Positions 9,914 through 19,685 are shown, counted from the first letter of the stretch. The stretch: DNA of 64,000 nucleotides from Bacteroidales bacterium (GCA_012837935.1 DUQG01000018.1:45620-109619), one strand, 5' to 3'. Notes: generated by a model not told the origin, from the letters alone. A program made the numbers and translations.

Positions 9914-12502
9914 ATGAACTTTAATAATTTTACAACCAAATCGCAAGAGGTTGTCCAACAGGCCGTTAACTTGGCTCAAGCAAAAGGACAGCAGGTGATA
10001 GAAACATCGCATATCTTGAAAGCCGCGATGATGAAAGGCGAAGATGTAGTGCAGTTTCTATTCGGAAAGATGGGAATTTATAGCTCCAATGTTATGTCGG
10101 TGGTTGATAAAATCATCGATAGCTATCCGCGTGTAACAGGTGGAGAGCCTTACCTAAGTAGAGAGAGTAATGAAGTATTTCAAAAAGCTTCCGAGCTTTC
10201 CGGTAAGGCAGGTGACCAATTTGTTACGCTTGAATATATATTAATGGCTTTGCTTAATGTAAAATCTCAAGCATCGCAAGTGTTAAAAGATGCAGGTGTT
10301 ACTGAAAAAGCTATGCAATCGGCTATTGACGAACTGCGAAAAGGCTCGAAAGCTACTTCGTCCTCAGCAGAAGAAACTTACAACTCGCTGAGCAAATATG
10401 CAATCAATCTGAATGAGCAGGCAAGAGCCGGAAAACTTGATCCCGTTATCGGACGTGACGAGGAAATTCGTCGTGTGTTGCAGATTTTGAGTCGAAGAAC
10501 TAAAAACAACCCCATTCTTATCGGTGAACCGGGAGTGGGGAAGACTGCTATTGCCGAAGGTCTTGCACATCGAATTATTCGTGGCGACATTCCTGAAAAT
10601 TTAAAATCCAAGCAAGTTTTCTCGCTGGATATGGGTGCTTTGGTGGCAGGTGCGAAGTACAAAGGCGAGTTCGAGGAGCGATTAAAATCGGTAGTCAACG
10701 AAGTTATTCAGTCCGATGGCGAAATAATCCTTTTTATTGATGAAATTCACACACTTGTAGGTGCTGGAAAAGGCGATGGTGCAATGGATGCTGCCAATAT
10801 TTTGAAACCGGCTTTGGCTCGTGGAGAACTCCGTGCTATTGGCGCTACGACACTGGATGAGTATCAGAAATATTTTGAAAAAGACAAAGCACTTGAGCGT
10901 CGTTTTCAGATAGTTATGGTTAATGAGCCGGATGTTCAAGCTACTATTTCTATCCTGAGAGGATTGAAAGAACGCTACGAAAACCACCACAAAGTGCGTA
11001 TCAAAGACGATGCGATTATTGAGGCGGTAGAACTTTCGAATCGCTATATTACAGACCGTTTTTTACCGGACAAAGCCATCGACTTAATTGACGAGGCTGC
11101 ATCCAAACTGCGCATGGAAGTGGATAGTGTGCCGGAAGAGTTGGATAAAATTGAGCGAAATATCAAACAACTTGAAATTGAGCGAGAAGCTATCAAACGA
11201 GAAGATGACACGAAGAAATTAGAATCTCTCAACGAGGAAATTGCTAATTTGAAAGAAGATAGTGCGGAACTAAGAGCCAAATGGTCATCCGAAAAAGAGT
11301 TGGTGGAAAAAATTCAACAATCGAAAATAGAAATCGAAAATCTGAAGTACGAAGCCGATAGAGCTGAACGAGAAGGCGACTACGGAAAAGTGGCTGAAAT
11401 TCGTTACGGAAAAATAAAGTCAGTCGAAGAGCAAATCACTACATTCCAAACGACACTTACTGAGCTTCAAGGCAGCAGCGCCATGATTAAGCAGGAAGTG
11501 GATAGTGAAGACATCGCCGATGTGGTAAGTCGCTGGACGGGAATACCGGTGAGCAAGATGCTTCAGAGTGAAAAAGCAAAACTTCTTAACCTTGAAAATG
11601 AACTTCACAAACGTGTGGTAGGTCAAGAAGAAGCTATTGCAGCCGTATCGGATGCTGTGCGCAGAAGTCGTGCGGGACTGAATGACCCGAAACGTCCGAT
11701 TGGTTCGTTTATCTTCCTGGGAACAACCGGCGTGGGAAAAACCGAGCTTGCGAGAGCCTTGGCTGATTATCTGTTTGATGACGAAAATATGATGACGAGA
11801 ATTGATATGAGTGAATATCAAGAGAAGTTCTCAGTAACTCGTTTGATTGGTTCTCCGCCCGGATATGTAGGATACGATGAAGGCGGACAATTGACAGAAG
11901 CTATTCGTAGGAAACCCTATTCCGTAGTGCTTTTTGATGAGATTGAAAAGGCTCATCCGTATGTATTTAACGTGTTGCTTCAAGTGCTTGATGATGGTCG
12001 CTTGACCGACAATAAAGGTCGGGTGGTAAACTTTAAGAATACTATTATCATCATGACTTCAAATTTGGGTTCACAGCTTATTCGGGAAAATTTTGAGCAA
12101 ATCACACCTCAAAACCACGACGAAATTGTGGAAAACACCAAAAATGAAGTGATGGATATGCTGAAAAAAGTGATTCGTCCCGAGTTTTTGAACCGAATTG
12201 ATGAGATTATCATGTTTACTCCACTCAATGAAGCACAAATTGCCGAAATTGTAGAAATTCAGTTGAATCATATTATTGATATGTTGGCTGAAAATGGCGT
12301 AAAACTGGAAGTAAGCAAGGAAGCATTGCAATTTATTGCACACGAAGGTTACGACCCGCAATTCGGTGCTCGTCCTGTAAAACGTGCTATCCAGCGCTTT
12401 ATCTTGAACGATTTATCCAAAGAGCTTATTAGTGGAAATGTGGATAATGATAGACCGATTGTGGTGGATTATCAAGATGATAAATTGGTGTTTAGAAACT
12501 AA
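9914..12502 (+). CDS. clpB: ATP-dependent chaperone ClpB
   Basis: 862 aa, two AAA+ modules ([16 protein letters not shown]) with a coiled-coil middle domain. Confidence 0.97.
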   Translation: MNFNNFTTKSQEVVQQAVNLAQAKGQQVIETSHILKAAMMKGEDVVQFLFGKMGIYSSNVMSVVDKIIDSYPRVTGGEPYLSRESNEVFQKASELSGKAGDQFVTLEYILMALLNVKSQASQVLKDAGVTEKAMQSAIDELRKGSKATSSSAEETYNSLSKYAINLNEQARAGKLDPVIGRDEEIRRVLQILSRRTKNNPILIGEPGVGKTAIAEGLAHRIIRGDIPENLKSKQVFSLDMGALVAGAKYKGEFEERLKSVVNEVIQSDGEIILFIDEIHTLVGAGKGDGAMDAANILKPALARGELRAIGATTLDEYQKYFEKDKALERRFQIVMVNEPDVQATISILRGLKERYENHHKVRIKDDAIIEAVELSNRYITDRFLPDKAIDLIDEAASKLRMEVDSVPEELDKIERNIKQLEIEREAIKREDDTKKLESLNEEIANLKEDSAELRAKWSSEKELVEKIQQSKIEIENLKYEADRAEREGDYGKVAEIRYGKIKSVEEQITTFQTTLTELQGSSAMIKQEVDSEDIADVVSRWTGIPVSKMLQSEKAKLLNLENELHKRVVGQEEAIAAVSDAVRRSRAGLNDPKRPIGSFIFLGTTGVGKTELARALADYLFDDENMMTRIDMSEYQEKFSVTRLIGSPPGYVGYDEGGQLTEAIRRKPYSVVLFDEIEKAHPYVFNVLLQVLDDGRLTDNKGRVVNFKNTIIIMTSNLGSQLIRENFEQITPQNHDEIVENTKNEVMDMLKKVIRPEFLNRIDEIIMFTPLNEAQIAEIVEIQLNHIIDMLAENGVKLEVSKEALQFIAHEGYDPQFGARPVKRAIQRFILNDLSKELISGNVDNDRPIVVDYQDDKLVFRN

Positions 12503-12546
12503 AAAAACAAACAGCAGCTGAGTAATCAACTGCTGTTTGTTTTTTT
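12501..12546. terminator. bidirectional intrinsic terminator (clpB / PepSY-TM gene)
   Basis: 11-13 bp stem ACAAACAGCAG...CTGCTGTTTGT flanked by an A-run and a T-run. Confidence 0.8.
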
Positions 12547-12560
12547 AAAATCGAAACCGT

Positions 12561-13140
12561 TTACTTTATTATAAACATAAAGAGCAAAGGAATTAAAATT
12601 CCAATCAGAAGCTCAATGCCGCCTCTTCCCCTCAATCCTCTTTTGCCTTTCAGCATAAAAATTCCTGTAAAAGTAAGTACCACCATTCCCAAAAGGAAAA
12701 TATCCGAAAACAGTGTCCACCACTTATTTGGATTGTAGTGTAAGCGGTTTAACCCACTGAAAAGCGGTCGTTTTTTGATCGATTCCAACAGACCAATTCC
12801 GGTGCTTAAATTCATTTCAAGCGATGAACCGCCTTTCAAAAAGACCTTCATCGACAGGCTGTCCGGAAAATAGTGTTGCGTATAATTTTTTGCCTCGTCG
12901 TAAGGTTCGAGCAGTTGCAGCACTTTCTCCTTATTCAGCTCAGTTTGGGCAATTGGCACGGAACCATCGTACTTAATTTCATATTGCTTGATGGAATATT
13001 CCGCGTTGAAATCATTTTTATGATTTAGCAAAAAACCCGACACGGCATAGACCAAAATCACGCCTGAAAAGAAATACGACAAATCAGCATGAATAATTCG
13101 AAACCATTTTCGTATGCGATTTTCCTTTTTTTTGTTCCAT
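12561..13140 (-). pseudogene. PepSY-associated TM-helix protein, reading frame broken at an A8 run 7 nt after its ATG
   Basis: ATG 13140-13138 overlaps the upstream stop (TAATG). ATGGAAC-A8-GG runs into a stop. With A7 the ORF reads MEQKKENRIRKWFRIIHADLSYFFSGVILVY... The track ORF starts only at TTG 13082, inside the first TM helix. Confidence 0.6.
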
Positions 13141-13703
13141 TATAAAACTTTGTACGATTCAGCCACAATGTGGTAGAATGAAAGATACTCTTTTCCGGTT
13201 TTGGCTTTTTCGGCTTCGATACGTTTTCTAAAATTGGCAATTCTTTCCGCTGCTGAATTGGCTTTTTGCTCGCCTTGCGTTTTCTTTTCAGTTACACAAC
13301 CGCCATCGCCTTCACCGTGTTTTTCGGCAGTTTCAGCTGCAATATCGGCTTCCCATTTTTGCAGATAAGCCTCATCAATACGCTCTTCTGTAAGTTTTCC
13401 CGTTACTTCCACAAGTGCATTTACTACATCTTCGGAAAAAGTTCCAATTTCTTCGTTTGCTTCCACGCGAATGGAAATAGAGTCAGTAGTTCCCATCAAA
13501 AAGAGTTTTTTGCCACCGTGCGCACAAATATGTGTGCAAACACCACTTACAGTTATATTTTTTCCAACTAAACTATCTGCCATCAACAACAAACTATCCA
13601 CATTTTCCACTGCTATTGATTCAGAAGTTTTCTTGCCACCGCCGCAAGAAAAAAGTAGCACCGACAAAACAAGTGCTGAGAATGTTAAAGCTAAGTTTTT
13701 CAT
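13140..13703 (-). CDS. lipoprotein of unknown function with Cys/His motif
   Basis: Lipobox LLFSCGG. Motif VSGVCTHICAHGG. C-terminal K/E-rich helix. Translationally coupled to the PepSY-TM gene. Confidence 0.65.
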   Translation of the reverse strand: MKNLALTFSALVLSVLLFSCGGGKKTSESIAVENVDSLLLMADSLVGKNITVSGVCTHICAHGGKKLFLMGTTDSISIRVEANEEIGTFSEDVVNALVEVTGKLTEERIDEAYLQKWEADIAAETAEKHGEGDGGCVTEKKTQGEQKANSAAERIANFRKRIEAEKAKTGKEYLSFYHIVAESYKVL

Positions 13704-13856
13704 CGTTTTATTGATTTATTAAATGATTAAATTGTTTCGTGATTTAATACACAAAAGATTAGTTAGCAAAGATAAACAAAATTATTTTCTGAGCAATTAA
13801 TTTCAGTCACAATGACATTAAAATAGATTTTAGGACTTTAAGTAGAAAAAAAACTG

Positions 13857-13864
13857 TATTTTTG
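13857..13864 (+). promoter_or_regulatory. Bacteroidota-type -7 box TATTTTTG (TAnnTTTG) for sufS
   Basis: Perfect match to the consensus, 28 nt upstream of ATG 13892. Confidence 0.45.
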
Positions 13865-13891
13865 CAGTGTTACAACAGAAAAACAGAAACG

Positions 13892-15115
13892 ATGAATCCT
13901 GCTGAAATTGAAAATATTCGCAGTCAATTTCCTATTTTGGCTGAAAAAATATATAATAAACCGCTGATTTATTTTGACAATGCAGCTACTACACAAAAAC
14001 CGCAGGCAGTTTTGGATAAAATTAACTACGGCTACAAGCACTTAAATGCCAATATCCATCGTGGGGTGCATTATCTGAGTCAACAGGCGACGGAAGCACA
14101 CGAAGCTGCTCGCAAGTTTATTGCAGAATACATAAATGCGAGTTCTTCCGATGAGATAATTTTCACGCGGGGAACTACGGAAGCGATTAATCTTGTTGCT
14201 TTTTCACTTGGCGAATGTACTTGTCAAGAAGGTGACGAAATTGTGATTTCCGCTATGGAACATCACTCGAACATCGTGCCGTGGCAGATGCTTTGCGAGC
14301 GAAAAGGACTGAAACTGCACATTATTCCAATTAATGAAAAAGGTGAATTATTGCTTGACGAATACGAGAAATTACTGACTGAACGAACGAAATTAGTGGC
14401 TGTTACGCATGTTTCCAATGTGTTTGGCACGGTAAATCCCGTAAAAGAGATAATAGCCACAGCTCACGTCAAAAATATTCCTGTGCTGATAGACGGTGCG
14501 CAAGCTCTGCCACATCTGAAAATAGATGTGCAAGATTTGGATGCTGATTTCTATGTCTTTTCCGGACATAAAGTCTATGCACCAACCGGAATTGGCGTAT
14601 TTTACGGCAAAAGAGCGTGGTTAGAAAAACTTCCACCTTACCAAGGCGGTGGCGAAATGATTCAAAATGTAAGCTTTGAGAAAACCACCTATAACGAACT
14701 TCCGTTTAAGTTTGAAGCGGGGACACCTGATTATATTGGTTCTACAGCATTAGCGGAAGCACTAAAATATGTGCAAAATATAGGCATTGAGAAAATTGCC
14801 GACTACGAACACGAACTAACCGAATACGCCACAAAGCGACTGTTGGAAATTGACGGAATGCGCATTATCGGCACTGCCGACCACAAAAGCTCTGTTATCT
14901 CGTTCCTTGTTGGTGAAATTCATCCGTATGATATAGGAATGCTGCTGGATAAGCTTGGAATTGCCGTTCGCACCGGGCATCACTGCGCTCAACCGCTGAT
15001 AGACCAACTTGGAATTCCGGGAACGGTACGAGCCTCTTTTGCTTTTTATAATACGAAAGAAGAGATTGACACGTTTATAGAAGCACTGAAGAAAGTGGTA
15101 GCGATGTTGAGTTAG
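13892..15115 (+). CDS. sufS: cysteine desulfurase, SufS type
   Basis: Class V aminotransferase: FDNAATTQKP, SGHKVYAPTGIG (PLP Lys), RTGHHCAQP (active-site Cys). Confidence 0.9.
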   Translation: MNPAEIENIRSQFPILAEKIYNKPLIYFDNAATTQKPQAVLDKINYGYKHLNANIHRGVHYLSQQATEAHEAARKFIAEYINASSSDEIIFTRGTTEAINLVAFSLGECTCQEGDEIVISAMEHHSNIVPWQMLCERKGLKLHIIPINEKGELLLDEYEKLLTERTKLVAVTHVSNVFGTVNPVKEIIATAHVKNIPVLIDGAQALPHLKIDVQDLDADFYVFSGHKVYAPTGIGVFYGKRAWLEKLPPYQGGGEMIQNVSFEKTTYNELPFKFEAGTPDYIGSTALAEALKYVQNIGIEKIADYEHELTEYATKRLLEIDGMRIIGTADHKSSVISFLVGEIHPYDIGMLLDKLGIAVRTGHHCAQPLIDQLGIPGTVRASFAFYNTKEEIDTFIEALKKVVAMLS

Positions 15116-15149
15116 CAGTTTACAGTAGGCAGTTTTCAGTATGTAGCAA

Positions 15150-15225
15150 ACTATTAAACTTATAAACAACCAAACATTTAAACAAACATCCGACACCCAA
15201 CATCGGACATCTGACAATTACATGT
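15150..15225 (+). repeat. G-poor CA-rich intercistronic spacer (family shared with 55380-55495)
   Basis: Contains AAACATTT and the exact 11-mer AACAAACATCC (15181-15191), plus CATCCGACA / CATCGGACA / CATCTGACA repeats. Confidence 0.6.
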
Positions 15226-15648
15226 ATGACAATCAACGAAATTCAAGACCAAATTATTTCTGAGTTCAATCAGTTTGATGATTGGATGGATAAATATGCT
15301 CTGTTAATTGACTTGGGTAATGCACTCGAACCGCTTGATGAAAAGCATAAAACTCCGCAAAATATCATTGAAGGTTGCCAAAGTCGAGTGTGGCTAAATG
15401 CTGAATTGGTGGATGGAAAAGTTGTGTTTGAAGGGGAAAGCGATGCGATTCTTGTTAAAGGAATTGTGGCACTGCTAATTCAAGTGCTTTCCGGACAAAC
15501 ACCCGACGATATCGTAAATACAGACCTCTACTTTGTTAAAAAAATCGGACTGCAAGAGCACCTTTCGCCTACGCGCTCCAATGGTTTGTTGGCAATGGTA
15601 AAACAGATGAAAATGTATGCGCTAGTGTTCAAAATGAAGCAAGGATAG
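15226..15648 (+). CDS. sufE: SufE-like sulfur acceptor protein
   Basis: 140 aa. IIEGCQSRVWL motif with the conserved Cys. Follows sufS. Confidence 0.85.
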   Translation: MTINEIQDQIISEFNQFDDWMDKYALLIDLGNALEPLDEKHKTPQNIIEGCQSRVWLNAELVDGKVVFEGESDAILVKGIVALLIQVLSGQTPDDIVNTDLYFVKKIGLQEHLSPTRSNGLLAMVKQMKMYALVFKMKQG

Positions 15649-15656
15649 TTTTACGT

Positions 15657-16241
15657 TTAACTTTTCGAGTTTCGGGTTCCGCCTTTTACTTTTGTTTCGT
15701 TTTTGTTGATATAATCTTTCCAACTTTTGTATTCAGAGTCTTGGATGGGATTGTTCATTTGCAGAAAATGACAGTAAGCTGCTGCCAGTCCATCCGTGGC
15801 ATCCAACTGTGGAAGCATATTTTCTTGCGAAATTTTTAAGTATCGACGTAGCAAATCCGCCACCTGCTCTTTGGAAGCACGTCCATTTCCGGTAATAGCC
15901 ATTTTTATTTTCAAGGGTGCATATTCGTAGATAGGAAGGTCGCGGTAAAGCGCCGCTGAAATAGCAGCTCCCTGCGCACGGCCGAGTTTAAGCATTGACT
16001 GCACATTTTTCCCGTAAAAAGGTGCTTCAATTGCCAAAATATCAGCATTAAACTCATCGATTAAGGACAAAGTTCGGGTAAATATCTTTTGCAATTTATG
16101 GTAATGGTCAATGTATTTCCGTAGTTCCAAAACACCCATTGCCAGCATTTCACATTTGTTTCCACTTACACGCAGTAATCCATAGCCCATAACCGTGGTT
16201 CCGGGGTCAATTCCAAGTATTATTCTGTTGTTGTTTGTCAT
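15657..16241 (-). CDS. ruvC: crossover junction endodeoxyribonuclease RuvC
   Basis: [14 protein letters not shown]...[10 protein letters not shown]...[15 protein letters not shown] motifs. Confidence 0.92.
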   Translation of the reverse strand: MTNNNRIILGIDPGTTVMGYGLLRVSGNKCEMLAMGVLELRKYIDHYHKLQKIFTRTLSLIDEFNADILAIEAPFYGKNVQSMLKLGRAQGAAISAALYRDLPIYEYAPLKIKMAITGNGRASKEQVADLLRRYLKISQENMLPQLDATDGLAAAYCHFLQMNNPIQDSEYKSWKDYINKNETKVKGGTRNSKS

Positions 16242-16269
16242 GGTTGTATATTTCTTCGCATTATCTTTA

Positions 16270-16300
16270 CCCAGCGACTGGCTTTAAGCCAGTCGCTGGG
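16270..16300. other. perfect 14-bp-stem hairpin CCCAGCGACTGGCT tta AGCCAGTCGCTGGG
   Basis: Seen directly between the ruvC start and the DUF4286 stop. Flanked by TTATCTTTAC / TTTATCTCAC. No T-run. Confidence 0.65.
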
Positions 16301-16313
16301 TTTATCTCACAAA

Positions 16314-16616
16314 CTACAAAACTTCCAAAACCGTAGAAAAAGCCAACACCTCCGAACCAAAACGTTCGGAAAGTTCACAAAGAAGCATTTCGGCATGTTC
16401 CTTGTCCCAGATGCTTAGTTTTCGCAGGTCTTCGATTTGAAATTGTACCGAAATGGAAGTTCCTTCTTGCTCGGGGTCGGTTGTAAGAACTTTTGCCACT
16501 TGCGGATTGGAAAAACCGCAGTTCAACATAAAAGGTATATGTACCTCACGAACCCACTTCATCCAAGGTTCAAACTGCTTATCAGCCACCAAATATGTTG
16601 TGTTGTAGATTAACAT
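16314..16616 (-). CDS. DUF4286 family protein
   Basis: 100 aa. MLIYNTTYLV...W..WV.E.HIP pattern recalled for DUF4286. Confidence 0.65.
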   Translation of the reverse strand: MLIYNTTYLVADKQFEPWMKWVREVHIPFMLNCGFSNPQVAKVLTTDPEQEGTSISVQFQIEDLRKLSIWDKEHAEMLLCELSERFGSEVLAFSTVLEVL

Positions 16617-16668
16617 AGGGAAATTACTTAATTTTATACAAAAGTACGGATTTTATTCCAAAAATGAT

Positions 16669-16676
16669 TATCTTTG
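16669..16676 (+). promoter_or_regulatory. -7 box TATCTTTG upstream of tRNA-Ala
   Basis: Perfect TAnnTTTG, 19 nt before the tRNA 5' end. Confidence 0.45.
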
Positions 16677-16694
16677 TATTTCAATTTGAAAAAT

Positions 16695-16768
16695 GGGGGA
16701 TTAGCTCATCTGGCTAGAGCGTTTGACTGGCAGTCAAAAGGTGACCGGTTCGAGTCCGGTATTCTCCA
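16695..16768 (+). tRNA. tRNA-Ala (anticodon GGC)
   Basis: Hand-folded cloverleaf: acceptor GGGGGAT/ATTCTCC with G3:U70, D arm GCTC..GAGC, anticodon loop CTGGCAG, T arm ACCGG-TTCGAGT-CCGGT. CCA not encoded. Confidence 0.9.
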
Positions 16769-16773
16769 CAAAG

Positions 16774-16804
16774 AAAAAGGACAAGTTTTAAGCTTGTCCT
16801 TTTT
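16774..16804. terminator. bidirectional intrinsic terminator
   Basis: AAAAAGGACAAG ttttaag CTTGTCCTTTTT between tRNA-Ala (+) and the lipoprotein gene (-). Confidence 0.8.
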
Positions 16805-16827
16805 CTTATAATTTCTTCCCTTCTTCC

Positions 16828-17250
16828 CTATTCTACCACTATAAAGGCATCCGTTAAGTAGAAATCCTTATCAATTTCTTCACTTTTTCCTTCAGCTGTA
16901 TTAGCTTTGTACTTGTGATTAATACGGTATTTCTTACCTGTATAAAAGTTTTTCAAATTTTCTTCAAGCGATTTGAAGTGTTTTACTTTTGCTTGGTTAG
17001 CTGCTTGTTGAAACTGATCACCTATTTGATCTAATGCATTTCTATAGAATCGAAGTGAGTCCCTAGCTGCTATCAGGTCCGGTAATTTATCCAGGTTCAA
17101 TGTTTCTAATTCACCAAAAGATATCGGCTCGTAAGCTGCAATACTTTTTTTAAGGAAGGTTGTTACACCCTTTTCTGCTCTGTCCTGTGGAGTGCTGCTA
17201 CATCCAGCTAAAAATAAAACTGTTAAAACTAGAAATCCAAATTTTTTCAT
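16828..17250 (-). CDS. hypothetical lipoprotein
   Basis: MKKFGFLVLTVLFLAGCSS lipobox. 140 aa. No family recognised. Confidence 0.6.
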   Translation of the reverse strand: MKKFGFLVLTVLFLAGCSSTPQDRAEKGVTTFLKKSIAAYEPISFGELETLNLDKLPDLIAARDSLRFYRNALDQIGDQFQQAANQAKVKHFKSLEENLKNFYTGKKYRINHKYKANTAEGKSEEIDKDFYLTDAFIVVE

Positions 17251-17324
17251 ATGCGTTGTGTTTTTGATGATTAACATGATTGCAAACTTACATTTATTTT
17301 ATTTCTTTTCAAAATTTTTTAAAG

Positions 17325-17360
17325 AAAAAACTTGCAATTATTTTCAAATTGCAAGCTTTT
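17325..17360 (-). terminator. intrinsic terminator after rpsA
   Basis: CTTGCAATT / AATTGCAAG 9-bp stem followed by a T-run on the minus strand. Confidence 0.7.
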
Positions 17361-17381
17361 ATTCAGTTTATCTTAAAAAGA

Positions 17382-19685
17382 TTAAGCCTCAGAAGTATCT
17401 GCAGTTCTTTTCTCTGCAAATTGAGCGATGTTTTTCTCGATTAAAGCTTCTACCTCTTCGTGAGTTAGAATGTTTTTGCCAAGTGCTTCTTTCTCTTCTG
17501 CTCCCAGTTTAGTTAATAGTTCTCTGTTGTCTTTGGATTGAGAAAGGTTGAATTTTTTAAGTTTGTAATTCAATTCGTGATCCTCACCAAAATTTACGGT
17601 AGCTCTATCGCCTGTAACAGTTGAAACTTTCTCTTCTTTCTTCTCTTCTTTTTTAGCTGCTTTTTCAGTTTTCTCAGCCTTTTCATCTTTCTCTACCTTC
17701 TTAGCTTCTGCTTTAGCAGCTTTCTCTTCTTTTTTAGCTTCTTGAGCTACAAGTTTTTCGGCTGCTTCGCTTACCATTTGTTCTTTTAGTTCGGCAAGTT
17801 CTTGGATATCGCCAAGAGTAGTTTTTTCGATTACCGGAGTTACAACTTCCTCTTTCTTAGCACGTTTTGGAGCTTTTTCAGCAGCTTTTTCGCTACGTTT
17901 TGCATCTTCGTGGATGCGGCTGTGTGAAAGAATAATGCGTTTTGCATCTTTATTGAACTCAATAACTTTGAATTCTACTTTTTCGTCCAATTGTGCTTGG
18001 CTTCCGTCTTCTTTCACCAAGTGTTTTGGAGTTACAAAACCTTCTACACCGTATGGAAGTGCTACTACTGCACCTTTGTCCATTACTTCGATGATAGTAC
18101 CTTCGTGTACAGTGTCAACAGCAAACAAACCTTCCAGAGCATCCCATGGGTTTTCTTCAAGTTGTTTGTGACCAAGGCTCAAGCGACGGTTATCTTTGTC
18201 AATTTCCAAAACTTGAACGTCAATATCAGCACCAATAGAAGTAAATTCAGATGGATGTTTGATTTTCTTAGTCCAGCTTAGGTCAGAGATGTGGATTAAG
18301 CCATCTACGCCCTCTTCTACTTCTGCAAATACACCAAAGTTAGTAAAGTTACGAACTTTAGCAGCGTGCTTGCTACCTACAGGGTAACGAGCTTCAATAT
18401 CTTCCCATGGGTCAGATTTCAATTGTTTGATACCCAATGACATTTTGCGCTCTTCGCGGTCAAGTGTAAGAATAACTGATTCTACTTCATCACCTACATT
18501 CAAGAAGTCTTGTGCAGAACGCAAGTGCTGTGACCAGCTCATTTCTGAAACGTGGATAAGACCTTCTACACCCGGAGCAATTTCTACAAATGCACCGTAG
18601 TCAGCCATTACCACTACTTTACCTTTTACTTTATCACCAACTTTCAGTTCAGCATCAAGTGCATCCCATGGATGTGGAGAAAGTTGTTTCAGACCAAGAG
18701 CGATACGTTTTTTATCCTCATCAAAATCAAGGATAACTACGTTCAGTTTTTGATCCAGCTCTACTACTTCTTCCGGATGGTTCACGCGACCCCAAGAAAG
18801 GTCAGTAATGTGTACCAAACCATCTACGCCGCCAAGGTCGATAAATACACCGTAAGATGTGATGTTTTTAACGGTACCCTCAAGTACTTGTCCTTTTTCC
18901 AGTCTGCTGATAATTTCTTTCTTTTGTTGTTCAATTTCCTCTTCGATAAGAGCTTTGTGTGATACAACAACGTTTCTGTATTCTTGGTTAATTTTGATAA
19001 CCTTGAATTCCATGGTTTTGTTTACAAATACATCGTAGTCGCGGATTGGTTTCACGTCGATTTGAGAACCCGGCAAGAACGCCTCAATTCCAAATACATC
19101 TACAATCATACCACCTTTTGTCCGACATTTTACAAAACCTTTTACTACTTCTTGGTTTTCAAGAGCAGTATTTACACGTTCCCAGCTACGAGATGCACGT
19201 GCTTGTTTGTGAGAAAGAAGTAGTTGACCTTTTTTGTCTTCTTGACTTTCAATGTACACTTCTACAGTGTCACCCACTTTCAATTCCGGATTGTAGCGGA
19301 ATTCGCTAATTGGCACTACACCGTCGGATTTGAAGCCTACGTTGATTACTACTTCACGTTTGCTAATCGAGGTTACTGTACCATCTACAATTTCGTGGTC
19401 TTTGATAGCGCTTAATGTCTCATCATAAATTTTCTCAAGCTCTTCATGCGATTTTTCTGAAATCATATCGCCTTGCTCATAAGCATCCCAGTCAAAGTCA
19501 GGATCCGGTCCGGTAGGTTTTACATACTCTACTTTCTCTTTTTTAGCTTTTTTTTCAGAAGCTGCTTCTTCTACAACTTCTTCTTTTGCTTCAGCAACTG
19601 CTTCAGCAGGTTGGTTGGTTTGAGTTTCCTCAACAGCCTCCGGAGTTTGTTTTAGCTCCTCAGCCATTTTTTCTTTTTCTTCCAT
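17382..19685 (-). CDS. rpsA: 30S ribosomal protein S1 with acidic N-terminal and long K/E-rich C-terminal extensions
   Basis: Six S1/OB repeats (GTV..I...G.FV.L..G.EGL.H.SE.SW pattern). 767 aa, compared with roughly 600 aa as I recall for typical Bacteroidota S1. Confidence 0.95.
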   Translation of the reverse strand: MEEKEKMAEELKQTPEAVEETQTNQPAEAVAEAKEEVVEEAASEKKAKKEKVEYVKPTGPDPDFDWDAYEQGDMISEKSHEELEKIYDETLSAIKDHEIVDGTVTSISKREVVINVGFKSDGVVPISEFRYNPELKVGDTVEVYIESQEDKKGQLLLSHKQARASRSWERVNTALENQEVVKGFVKCRTKGGMIVDVFGIEAFLPGSQIDVKPIRDYDVFVNKTMEFKVIKINQEYRNVVVSHKALIEEEIEQQKKEIISRLEKGQVLEGTVKNITSYGVFIDLGGVDGLVHITDLSWGRVNHPEEVVELDQKLNVVILDFDEDKKRIALGLKQLSPHPWDALDAELKVGDKVKGKVVVMADYGAFVEIAPGVEGLIHVSEMSWSQHLRSAQDFLNVGDEVESVILTLDREERKMSLGIKQLKSDPWEDIEARYPVGSKHAAKVRNFTNFGVFAEVEEGVDGLIHISDLSWTKKIKHPSEFTSIGADIDVQVLEIDKDNRRLSLGHKQLEENPWDALEGLFAVDTVHEGTIIEVMDKGAVVALPYGVEGFVTPKHLVKEDGSQAQLDEKVEFKVIEFNKDAKRIILSHSRIHEDAKRSEKAAEKAPKRAKKEEVVTPVIEKTTLGDIQELAELKEQMVSEAAEKLVAQEAKKEEKAAKAEAKKVEKDEKAEKTEKAAKKEEKKEEKVSTVTGDRATVNFGEDHELNYKLKKFNLSQSKDNRELLTKLGAEEKEALGKNILTHEEVEALIEKNIAQFAEKRTADTSEA

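Noticed and set aside
14816-15217. Antisense ORF starting MSDVRCWV. It resembles the start of another antisense ORF, MLDVRYRV, at 55256-55459. I considered whether these could be small Cys-rich hydrophobic toxin-like peptides.
   Set aside because: The shared residues are simply the translation of the shared low-complexity CA/GT spacer repeat. One of the two uses a TTG start. Both run antisense into conserved genes. No promoter or terminator was seen.
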